Assembly: GCA_963703345.1 (NCBI GenBank)
Contig: OY969814.1
Location: 832,001-896,000 of the forward strand
DNA: 64,000 nt
Source of the DNA: an uncultured Chloroflexia bacterium
GTDB taxonomy: Bacteria > Chloroflexota > Dehalococcoidia > DSTF01 > JALHUB01
Reading direction: 5' to 3'
Below are positions 47,419 through 56,253 of this stretch, one piece after another. How positions within the stretch are numbered: the stretch's first letter is position 1; every line of letters begins with the position of its first letter. The notes below the pieces were generated by a model. The model searched no databases and was not told where the DNA came from. It was given only the letters and a program-made list of their open reading frames with translations. The translations under genes and the position numbers were made by a program.

Positions 47419-48024
47419 CTACGCCAGGGGCATCGCCTCCGGTCCGGTGTCCAGCGCAAACGGCGGGTACGGCTCCACCAGCGAGCTCATATACGCCAGC
47501 AATCGCGCCTCCCAGCGCAACAGCCCGAGCTGGAAGCCCCAAAGTCCGTCAGGGTAGTTCTCCTGGATGAGCACCATTATCGCCGCGACGATCAAGATGA
47601 TGCCGCCTACGATGCCCAGAAGACCCAAAACGAACGCGCTTGGAATGGCCAGGATGATTCGCAGCAGCGCTGAGCCGGCCGTCGGCGTGCCGCTTGTCTT
47701 CACCTCAAACCGGACTATCGATTCCGGGCTCTCCGTCGGAAACTGGTCCGTCAGAATGAAGAGATAAGCGTAGAGCGCCAGGATCCAGCGCAGCCACGCC
47801 GTCATCCGCGGCCCATCCTCCTGCAGGAACTTCTCCGAGCCCTTCTGCGATATGAATATCGCCGCCATGATCGGAAACGCGAGGTAGACAAGGCCGAAGA
47901 ACCAGCCGAGAATCCCGCCCAATAGGGCCAGCACTAGCAGCACCAGCACACGAATCACCACGTGCGGCCGCTGGAACTTCTCCGGCCGCGCCACGTCGAA
48001 GATTACAGGGTAGTCGGTTGCCAT
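47419..48024 (-). CDS. DUF4389-like membrane protein
   Basis: YPV.F, two repeated units (..LRW...AY..LTD.FP and ..LRW..R..AY..L...YPPF). Confidence 0.75.
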   Translation of the reverse strand: MATDYPVIFDVARPEKFQRPHVVIRVLVLLVLALLGGILGWFFGLVYLAFPIMAAIFISQKGSEKFLQEDGPRMTAWLRWILALYAYLFILTDQFPTESPESIVRFEVKTSGTPTAGSALLRIILAIPSAFVLGLLGIVGGIILIVAAIMVLIQENYPDGLWGFQLGLLRWEARLLAYMSSLVEPYPPFALDTGPEAMPLA

Positions 48025-48166
48025 GGGGGATCTCCTTTCCAACTTGTCGCGACGCCATGTCGCCTATACCGTCGAACGGGACTCTACCCGAAGGCTGCCC
48101 GCTCCTCTCGAACGTGGTAGAATCGACGTACGATCTTCGTTGGCGAGCGCGAAGAGGAGGTCGACC

Positions 48167-51142
48167 ATGGCACTGCGGGATACTCTCGTTGAGCGCACGA
48201 CCGGTCCCTACCTGGCGACCGTCCTCAAGCTCATGGCGCTCAACTTCAATCGCAACGCCGACCTGAGGCGCGAGCTCTACCAGCGACGGAACGGCTTGTC
48301 GAAACCTTTCGATTCCCGCTACCAGTTTCGCACCGTCGATGGTGCCCTCTCTCTGTATCTTACCATCGAGGGCGGGCGCATGCGCGGCGGCAGCGGCGCC
48401 GTCCGCGAGCCGCATGTCGTCGCCACCTTCCGCGACGCGGCCGCCATGCGCGCCTTCCTGTCGCCTTTCGCCCGCAGCGACCCGCTGAACCTGATGATCG
48501 ATAACAAGCTCTCCTTCGAAGGCAACCTCAGCCACCTGGGGCGCTTGGGCCATCTTACCGCTGTCGCCCGCAACCGTCACTGGCGAAAAAAGCTCAGCGC
48601 CGCGCCCGAAGCCGGCGATCTGACGAAGACGGGCGATTCGATGCTGGCGGCCTCGCGCGCGGAGCGGCGTCGCGAGACGCTGCGCTGCGCTCCAACAGAC
48701 GAAGTCGCCGTCCTCGACGACCCTTACCTCAGCCGCTACACTATCGACGATTTCCCGCGTCTCAAGGCGATGCGCGCCGAGTTCTTCGGCGCCCACGGAG
48801 AGGTCTGCACCGAACGCCCGCGCCTCGTCACCGAGTACTATCGCGAGCACGGCTTCGAGACCGACCCGGAAGGCGGTGAGATCGACCCGGAGGTCAGGCA
48901 GGCCGGCGCGCTTCACCACGTCCTCGCAAACAAGGAGCCCATCATCCGCGAGCGGGCCCTCCTGCCCGGAACAACGACCACCAAGTTCCCCGGCGTGGTC
49001 ATCTACCCCGAGATCGGCGGCACGACGATCTGGGCCGAGCTCACCACCGTCGGCGACCGCGCCCTCAATCCCTACCGCATCTCGCCGGAGGATGTCGACC
49101 TGCTCAGTCGCGAAGTCTTTCCGTTCTGGGTCGATCGCAACATACGAGAGTGGACGCGACGCCGCTGGAACAACCCCCGCTGCCAGCAGCTCGACGAGCG
49201 ATGGGTGCTGTACTTCATGTGGAAGACGGCGGCCGTCTCGCACACGATCCCCGACTACCCGGGCGTGCTCCAGCGCGGCCTCCTCGCCTTCCGGGAAGAC
49301 GCGGCCCGCGGCGAAGCCACCGCCACCGACGAGCGCTCGCGCAATTTCTACCGCGCCGTCCAGACGGTCATCGACGGCGTGCTGCGCTACGCTGAGCGGC
49401 TCGCGGACAAGGCGGAGTCGATGGCGGCGGAAACGGGCGACGCCCAACGCCGCGACGAGCTCCAGGAGATGGCGCGCATCTGCCACAAAGTGCCTGCCGG
49501 CCCTGCCGAGTCGCTGCACGAGGCGCTGAGCGTAATCCTGCTCATCCAGATCGCCCTTCACATGGAGAACATGAACGCCGGACTATCCATCGGCCGTCTG
49601 GACGCCTGGCTCCAGCCCTACTTCCTCCACGATGTCGCCCTCGCGAAGACGGAGGAGGAGAAGGAGACGGTAGTGCGGCGCGCCGTCGAGCTCGTCGGCT
49701 CCTTCTTCCTCCAGTGCAACGACCACCTGCCGCTGGTGCCGAGCGTCGGGATGCGACTCTTCGCCGGCAGCTCGTCCGACATGGCGGTCACGCTCGGCGG
49801 CGTCGACGCTGAAGGCAAGAGCGCCGTCTGCGACATGACCTACGTCATCCTCAAGGCGGCGGAGATGCTGACCTTACGGGACCCAAACCTGAACGCCCGC
49901 TACCATCCCAGGGCGAACTCTCTCGAATACCTGCGCCGCCTCTGCGAAGTGAACGTCATTACCACCTCCACGCCCTCGATTCACAATGACGAAGCGGTCA
50001 TCGCGGCGCTCGTCGAGCAGGGGTTCGCACTGGAGGACGCGCGCGACTGGGGCGCCACCGGCTGCGTCGAGCCGACGAGTTGCGGGCGCCACATGGGCCA
50101 CACCAACTCCATGCTCTTGAACACGGTCGCGGCGCTGGAGATGGTCCTCAACGACGGCTTCCACCCGCTCGTCGGCGAGCAAATCGGCCCGCACAGCGGC
50201 GACCCTGCCGGCGGCGCCTTTGGTACGTTCGACAAGTTCCTCGCCGCCTACAAGCAGCAGCTTGGCTACCTGATCGGCCAGTCGGTCGAGTACAACAATT
50301 TTCTCGGGCAGGCGCACCAGTACCTGCACCCGACGCCGCTGCTATCGTCGCTGGTCGGCGGCTGCCTGGAGAGCGGCCGCGACGTTATCGAAGGCGGCGC
50401 GAAGTACAACAGCTCCGGCTCCGCGCTCGTCTCCCTCGCCGACGTGGTCGACAGCCTGCTGGCCATCAAGCAACTGGTCTACGAAGAGAAGGCGGTCGAC
50501 TTCCGAACGCTGCTTCAGGCCTTGCGCGACGACTTCGCCGGCCACGAGGCGCTGCACGCCCGCATCATGAAGCGCGTCCCCAAGTTCGGTTCCGACGCGC
50601 CCGGCACCCGAGAGATGGCGCAGGACATCATCAACTTCATCTACGATGAATATCAATCGCGGGCCAACTATCGCGGCGGGCGCTACACCAGCGGCTTCTG
50701 GAGCATGTCGAACCACGTTGTCTTCGGCTCGCTCTCCGGCGCTCTGCCCAGCGGGCGCAAGAAGGGGAAGGCGTTCACGCCCGGCATTACGCCCTCGGCG
50801 TCGGCCTCGCCCAACCTGCTGGACAACATCCGCACCATCGCCGCCCTCGACCCGCTGAAGATGCCGAACAACATCGCCTTCAACGTCAAGCTCACGCCCG
50901 CGCCCGGCGAGCCGCACGCCGACTTCGTCGAGCACGCGACGGCCTACGCGAGGACCTACTTCGAGCTCGGCGGCATGCAGATGCAGTTCAACATGGTGAC
51001 AACGGAGACCCTGCGGGACGCCATGGAGCACCCCGAGAACTACCGCAACCTCATGGTCCGCATCTCCGGCTACAACGCCTATTTCGTCGAGCTGAACCGC
51101 GAGATGCAGATCGAGCTCATCGAGCGGGCGGAGTACCGCTAG
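48167..51142 (+). CDS. Glycyl radical enzyme (PFL-like, GCVEP type) with N-terminal SCP2-like domain; start ATG 48167
   Basis: SD GAGGAGG; SHTIPDY, SIGRLD, VTLGG, GCVEP Cys loop, PKFG, GALPSGR, LMVRISGY Gly loop. Confidence 0.9.
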   Translation: MALRDTLVERTTGPYLATVLKLMALNFNRNADLRRELYQRRNGLSKPFDSRYQFRTVDGALSLYLTIEGGRMRGGSGAVREPHVVATFRDAAAMRAFLSPFARSDPLNLMIDNKLSFEGNLSHLGRLGHLTAVARNRHWRKKLSAAPEAGDLTKTGDSMLAASRAERRRETLRCAPTDEVAVLDDPYLSRYTIDDFPRLKAMRAEFFGAHGEVCTERPRLVTEYYREHGFETDPEGGEIDPEVRQAGALHHVLANKEPIIRERALLPGTTTTKFPGVVIYPEIGGTTIWAELTTVGDRALNPYRISPEDVDLLSREVFPFWVDRNIREWTRRRWNNPRCQQLDERWVLYFMWKTAAVSHTIPDYPGVLQRGLLAFREDAARGEATATDERSRNFYRAVQTVIDGVLRYAERLADKAESMAAETGDAQRRDELQEMARICHKVPAGPAESLHEALSVILLIQIALHMENMNAGLSIGRLDAWLQPYFLHDVALAKTEEEKETVVRRAVELVGSFFLQCNDHLPLVPSVGMRLFAGSSSDMAVTLGGVDAEGKSAVCDMTYVILKAAEMLTLRDPNLNARYHPRANSLEYLRRLCEVNVITTSTPSIHNDEAVIAALVEQGFALEDARDWGATGCVEPTSCGRHMGHTNSMLLNTVAALEMVLNDGFHPLVGEQIGPHSGDPAGGAFGTFDKFLAAYKQQLGYLIGQSVEYNNFLGQAHQYLHPTPLLSSLVGGCLESGRDVIEGGAKYNSSGSALVSLADVVDSLLAIKQLVYEEKAVDFRTLLQALRDDFAGHEALHARIMKRVPKFGSDAPGTREMAQDIINFIYDEYQSRANYRGGRYTSGFWSMSNHVVFGSLSGALPSGRKKGKAFTPGITPSASASPNLLDNIRTIAALDPLKMPNNIAFNVKLTPAPGEPHADFVEHATAYARTYFELGGMQMQFNMVTTETLRDAMEHPENYRNLMVRISGYNAYFVELNREMQIELIERAEYR

Positions 51143-51147
51143 CCGCC

Positions 51148-52069
51148 ATGACCGGCAACGTGGCGTCCGCGCCGGAGCGGAGGCGGCCCCTCATCGTCGA
51201 CGTGCGCCACAACTCGCTCGACGACGGCCCGGGCGTTCGCACGACTATCTTCTTCAAAGGCTGCCCGCTGGCCTGTGTCTGGTGCCATAACCCAGAGGCT
51301 ATCTCGTCCGCGCCTGAGATAGCCTTCATGGAGAAGGGCTGCATTGTCTGCGGCGACTGCCAGCCGGTCTGCGAGGCGCGGGCGCTCGGTCCCGGCCCGG
51401 CCGTCGCCTTCGATCGCTCGCGCTGCAACCTCTGCGGCGCTTGCGTCGAACGTGTGTCCCACGGGCGCCCTCAAGCGGGTGGGACGCCACTGGGAGATCG
51501 ACGACCTTCTGGCGGACCTCCTCCGCGACGAGCCTTTCTATCGAAACTCCGGCGGCGGCGTCACCCTCTCCGGCGGCGAAGCGACGATGTTCCCACGCTA
51601 CGCCGAAGAGCTGCTGGCGCGTCTTCACGAAGCGGGCGTACACACGCTCATCGAGACCTGCGGGCTCTTCCGGCTGGAGACGTTCCGCGAGCGCCTCCTC
51701 CCGCATCTCGACCAGGTGTACTACGACGTCAAGTTCGTAGACGAAGGGCTGCACCGGCGCTACGCCGGCCGGCCCAACGGCATTATCCTGGCGAACCTGG
51801 AAGCGCTGGCCAGCATCGCGCCCGGCCGAGTGCTGCCGCGCGTGCCGCTGGTCCCCGGCCTGACCGCCGACCTGGACAACCTGCGCGCTATCGGGCTCTT
51901 CCTGCATCGCCTGGGCTTCGCGGAGGCGCGCTTGCTGCCCTACAACCCGCTTTGGGCGGAGAAGGCGGCGAGCGTCGGGCGGGAGAGCGGCTACCGCCAC
52001 GATGGATGGCTTGCTCGCGAGGAGCAGGCGGCCTGCGAGAGTGCTTTCTTCGAAGCGCTACGCGGCTAA
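51148..52069 (+). pseudogene. Glycyl-radical activating enzyme with 2[4Fe-4S] insert; +1 frameshift at about 51449
   Basis: DGPGVRTTIFFKGCPLACVWCHNPE; second frame continues VCPTG..FYRNSGGGVTLSGGE..R.PL.PG..LLPYN; span 922 nt = 3n+1. Confidence 0.88.
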
Positions 52070-52270
52070 CGGGCGACGCGACCCGACCGTCATCGGCTTC
52101 CCGTTGCGACGGCTGTAGCGCCGCGCCGCGCGCCAACCTTCATCCTTTTTTCACAGCCAGGGAGAGTCGCTTCACGCCCTTCGCACTCTGGCGCCGCAAA
52201 CTGACGATTATGAGGAGCGTCGGGTGGTTTGGCGCTCGCGTTGGGAGATGCCGGAGAGGGAGGACGGTCC

Positions 52271-53128
52271 GTGGAGCTGGGAAGGCCGCCATTACAGCAA
52301 TTCAGGCTGCCCTTGCTCAACCGGGCCTGGTTCCAGGTCCTCGTCACGGGCGCCGCTCTCTTCTTCATCGTCCAGGCTGCATTTCGGGCGACTGACAATC
52401 CAAGCTTCCTGCCGACGCTCCTCGTCCTCGGCGGCTTCGTCGTCCCGGCAAGCTTCGTCCTCTACGTCTACGAGCGGGAGCCTGTGGACGACCTGCCGCT
52501 GCCGACGATTGCTGTCTGCTTTCTCTGGGGCGGCGTCGTCGCCACCGTCGCGGCGGGTGTCCTCGAGTATCAGACGCTGCGGGCGCTTGGGCCGCTGCAG
52601 CTCTTCGGCGTCGGCTTCATCGAGGAAGTGACGAAGCTTTTCCTGCCGCTGATCCTGTTCGTCGGCTGGCGCTATCGGACCCAGGCGCACGGCCTCGTCT
52701 TCGGCGTTGCGGCCGGGATGGGCTTCGCGGCGCTGGAAAGCATGGGATACGGCTTCGTCGCGCTCGGGCAGTCGCAGGGGAACGTGAGCGACGCGGTTTC
52801 CGTGCTGCTGGTCCGCGGCCTGCTCTCACCCGCCGCTCACGCGGCCTGGACGGGGCTGGTCTGCGCCGTGCTGTGGCGGGAGCGTCAGAAAGCCGGCCAT
52901 TTCGCCCTCAACTTCCCGGTCGTCGGCGCGTTCGCCCTGGCTGTCATCCTTCATGCCCTCTGGGACTTCTTCGACAGCTTGACCGGTTTCACTTTCATCG
53001 GCGCCGCCGGCATAGAGCTCCTTAGCGCAACCGTCGCGCTGGCAAGCCTGAGGTTCCTCTTCCAGATGGTCAGCGAAGCGGCGCGGAACGGTCGCCCCGT
53101 CAACGGGATGTCGGGTGCGATAAGCTGA
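52271..53128 (+). CDS. PrsW-family intramembrane metalloprotease (GTG start likely)
   Basis: EE..K, GFAALES, HAAW, HALWD motifs; multiple TM; SD GGAGG. Confidence 0.85.
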   Translation: MELGRPPLQQFRLPLLNRAWFQVLVTGAALFFIVQAAFRATDNPSFLPTLLVLGGFVVPASFVLYVYEREPVDDLPLPTIAVCFLWGGVVATVAAGVLEYQTLRALGPLQLFGVGFIEEVTKLFLPLILFVGWRYRTQAHGLVFGVAAGMGFAALESMGYGFVALGQSQGNVSDAVSVLLVRGLLSPAAHAAWTGLVCAVLWRERQKAGHFALNFPVVGAFALAVILHALWDFFDSLTGFTFIGAAGIELLSATVALASLRFLFQMVSEAARNGRPVNGMSGAIS

Positions 53129-53279
53129 TCTTCCGTTCCTCCGGCTCGGCAGAAGGTAAGCGTTTGCGCTGGGCGTTGCCGTTGCGGCGCCGCTAGGATC
53201 GGTTGGCGCGAGCGTCGTGCGCGCCGGACTGCTCTAGGGAATTGCTGCGGCGGTTGCGGTGGGACTGGGGGGCGTCCGC

Positions 53280-53666
53280 TCAGGCGGGACGTTGATGATA
53301 AGGGACGTGGCGCGCGCCGCCGCGAGGCCAGGCTTCCATGCGCAGGCAGGGGCCGATCCGCGTCGAAACGCCGTCGGAGCTGGTGAGCAGATCGCCGTTG
53401 CGATTGTAGAGGCGGTAGCAGATGTTCTCGCCGATCTTCGCCGGCAGCTCCAGGAGAAGCTCGCCGTCCGCCGCCTGGACCCGGACACCTTCGGGAAAGC
53501 CCGCGGCCTCGCCTGATTCAGCGATGGAATGGCCGGCGGAGTCGTAAAGGTGGAACGTGACGCGCAGGCGGCCTTCCTCGTCGGAGCCGATGCGCAGGAT
53601 CAGCTCTCCGGTCGGCCCGTCGAGGAAAGAGATTGACGTTCCGGGGTGCCTCAACTCAAGCCTCAT
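53280..53666 (-). CDS. Hypothetical protein with internal duplication
   Basis: SD AGGAG; GELILRI...FHLYDSAG..I..S vs GELLLEL...YRLYNRNG..L..S. Confidence 0.65.
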   Translation of the reverse strand: MRLELRHPGTSISFLDGPTGELILRIGSDEEGRLRVTFHLYDSAGHSIAESGEAAGFPEGVRVQAADGELLLELPAKIGENICYRLYNRNGDLLTSSDGVSTRIGPCLRMEAWPRGGARHVPYHQRPA

Positions 53667-53711
53667 GAACCTTCTCCTATCCGGATGGATTCGATTACAA
53701 AGCGGATAACC

Positions 53712-54005
53712 CTAGCGTCCCCGCCGTGAACCCCGTCCACCCCGGCCGCCGTGTCGTCTGCCGCCCGCCGACGAGGTGTCCACCACTACGTCCATGAGCC
53801 GGCCTCTGAGCTCGACGCCTCTCAGCGCGTTCAACGCTTTGGCCGCCGCTTCCTGGTCGAGCTCGACAAAGGCGTAACCGCGGGCCCGGCCGGCCCTGTC
53901 GCGGGCGACTCGTAGCGAGCCGATTTCGCCGAAAGGCGAAAAAACGGCCTGGAGGTCGCTGGCGGTGGCTTCCGGGGACAGATTGCCGACGTACAGAGTA
54001 GTCAA
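53712..54005 (-). CDS. RRM RNA-binding protein with RGG tail (TTG start)
   Basis: LYVGNL (RNP2), RGYAFVEL (RNP1), GGRGGRG tail; SD GGAGG. Confidence 0.92.
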   Translation of the reverse strand: MTTLYVGNLSPEATASDLQAVFSPFGEIGSLRVARDRAGRARGYAFVELDQEAAAKALNALRGVELRGRLMDVVVDTSSAGGRRHGGRGGRGSRRGR

Positions 54006-54103
54006 CTGCTTTCCTCCGCAGCCATGTCAGCCCCGGGCGGGCTAAGTTAACTCGCCTGCGCCCTAACGTATCAGAGCGCAGGTACGAGTCAGTGGAGTCG
54101 GTC

Positions 54104-54424
54104 CTAGTAGCGGCCGCGTGACGGCGTGCGCTGCGAAAAGCAGTCGCGGCAGTAAACGGGGCGGTCTCCGCGCGGCTCGAACGGGACCTCAGCGGTCTTG
54201 CCGCACTGGGCGCAGACGGCGGAAAACATCTGGCGCGGAGATGATCCGTAGCCGCCGCCGCCGCGACCTTCGCCGCGCTCCGACTTTCGCGCTGATCGGC
54301 AGGAGGTGCACCGCTTCGGCTCGTTCGTAAAGCCGCGGCTGGCGTGGTATTCCTGGTCCTCCGCTGAGAACGTGAACTGGGCGCCGCAATCGACGCAGGT
54401 TAGGGTTTTGTCTGTGTAAGACAC
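54104..54424 (-). CDS. Zinc-ribbon + CxxC-x17-CxxC domain protein (GTG start)
   Basis: DKTLTCVDCG..FTF...Q...RGF.NEPKRC..CR; CAQCG..AEVPF.P..RPVYCRDCF. Confidence 0.9.
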   Translation of the reverse strand: MSYTDKTLTCVDCGAQFTFSAEDQEYHASRGFTNEPKRCTSCRSARKSERGEGRGGGGYGSSPRQMFSAVCAQCGKTAEVPFEPRGDRPVYCRDCFSQRTPSRGRY

Positions 54425-54702
54425 TCAACGACCTCCTTAGGGTCTGCTATTCCTCAGTCGCCGAGTGCAATACAAGATTGGGGGTCTGCTTGCAGACGAA
54501 GACAAGGACAATTGGCTTGCGATCGTAGTATAACACATAACCGCCCACCGGGCCATGCCGTAGCGGCGCTTGACGCAAGAACATCGCGACGCCCACGATC
54601 GTTGCGCCTCAGGCGCGTCGCTGGCCGGATGCCCCGCGCTGGCCTATACTGAACCCGCCGACGAAGCAGCCCGCTTTGCGGCGAAAGAAAGAGGGGCAGG
54701 CG

Positions 54703-56244
54703 ATGACGGCTATCGTTGCGACGAGCAGGGGGAAGCTTCGGGGCGCCCGCGAAGGCGACCAGGTGGTCTTCAAAGGCATCCCTTACGCGTCGCCCCCGGT
54801 CGGCGAGCTCCGTTTTCGCGCGCCTGCGGAGGCGCCGCCGTGGCAGGGCGTCCGCGAAGCGACAGACTTCGGGCCGCGGGCAATGCAAGTTCCCAGCGAG
54901 GCGCTGGAAGCCCTGCTCGGCCGGCCCGAGGGCCAACCGCCCATCGATGAAGACTGCCTCTATCTCAACGTGCGCACGCCCGCCCTCGACGGCGCCCGGC
55001 GACCCGTGATGGTGTGGGTGCACGGCGGTGGCTTCGCCGTTGGCGCCGGCTCCGACCCCCTTTACCACGGCAGCGCCCTCATCGACCGCGGCGTCGTGCT
55101 GGTTACCATCAACTACCGCCTTGGGCCGTTTGGCTTCCTTTACGCCCCGGACTTCGCCTCCGCGCCGGATGATCCTTGCGCCAACTTCGGCCTCCTCGAC
55201 CAGATCGCGGCGCTGAAGTGGGTGCGGTCCGAGATAGCGGCGTTCGGTGGCGACCCCGAGAACGTCACCGTCTTCGGCGAGTCCGCCGGCGCCATGAGCA
55301 TCGGCGCGGTCCTCTCCTCGCCGCTCGCCGCCGGGCTCTTCGACAAGGCGATCCTCCAGAGCGGCGCCGCGCACCAGGTTCTGAGCACAGACACGGCCGC
55401 CGCCAACGCCGCCGCTTTCGCCGAAGCCCTGGGCTCCCCCGCGCTCGACGCCTCCCTTCGCTCTCGACCCGTGAGCGAGCTGCTGGCCGCGCAGGCGAAG
55501 CTGGGGGGGGGCGAGGGTTGGACCAGACGCCGCGCGGTCGGGCTCGGGCTGCTCTACCAACCGGTAATTGACCGACGCGTCATCCCCGGGCCACCGATAG
55601 AGGCGATTCGAAAGGGCTTCTCCAGCGGTGTCCCCATCCTCATCGGGACCACGCTTGATGAGTTCAAGCTTTTCGCCGCCATGGCGCCGCACCTGAGGGA
55701 TGCTTCCGAAGAACAGGCGGTGAAACGCGTCTCGCGACTGCTCCCGGGCGGCGAACTAGAGCGCGCCCGCTCACTGCTCGATGTCTATCGCCGCGAACGG
55801 ACCGCCCGAGGCCAAGAGACGTCTGCTTACGAGCTCTTCTGCTCGATCGCGACCGACTGGCTCTTCCGCGTGCCGGCCGACCGCCTGGCCGAGGCGCAGT
55901 CGGCGCACAACCGGCGCGTCTTCTCCTACCGGCTCGACTGGCCCTCGCCCCTCGGCGACGGCATCCTCGGCGCCTGCCACGCCATCGACCTGCCGTTCGT
56001 CTTCGGGACGCAGCGCCTGGCGCGACGCTGGGTCGGAAAGGGAGAGGAGTTGGATGCGCTGGCCGCGAAGATTGGCGACGCCTGGGTCGCCTTCGCGAGG
56101 ACCGGCGACCCTGGTACACCGTCCCTGCCCTGGCCGCCGTTCGAGGCGAAGGAGCGGCGGACGCTCATCCTCGACCGCGAGTGCCACGTCGAGAGCCGCC
56201 CGCGCGAGGCGGAGCGACGCTGCTGGGACGGCGCTATCCCTTGA
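54703..56244 (+). CDS. Type-B carboxylesterase/lipase (start ATG 54703)
   Basis: FKGIPYA.PP.G.LRF, EDCLYLNV, VHGGGF, NYRLG, FGESAG, GACHAID. Confidence 0.93.
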   Translation: MTAIVATSRGKLRGAREGDQVVFKGIPYASPPVGELRFRAPAEAPPWQGVREATDFGPRAMQVPSEALEALLGRPEGQPPIDEDCLYLNVRTPALDGARRPVMVWVHGGGFAVGAGSDPLYHGSALIDRGVVLVTINYRLGPFGFLYAPDFASAPDDPCANFGLLDQIAALKWVRSEIAAFGGDPENVTVFGESAGAMSIGAVLSSPLAAGLFDKAILQSGAAHQVLSTDTAAANAAAFAEALGSPALDASLRSRPVSELLAAQAKLGGGEGWTRRRAVGLGLLYQPVIDRRVIPGPPIEAIRKGFSSGVPILIGTTLDEFKLFAAMAPHLRDASEEQAVKRVSRLLPGGELERARSLLDVYRRERTARGQETSAYELFCSIATDWLFRVPADRLAEAQSAHNRRVFSYRLDWPSPLGDGILGACHAIDLPFVFGTQRLARRWVGKGEELDALAAKIGDAWVAFARTGDPGTPSLPWPPFEAKERRTLILDRECHVESRPREAERRCWDGAIP

Positions 56245-56253
56245 AAGACCGCG

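Noticed and set aside
47705-49561. Long antisense and alternative-frame ORFs (this 618-aa one, 9366-11006, 60854-62476, 30635-32032 and others)
   Set aside because: Shadow ORFs of high-GC coding strands with no recognisable motifs
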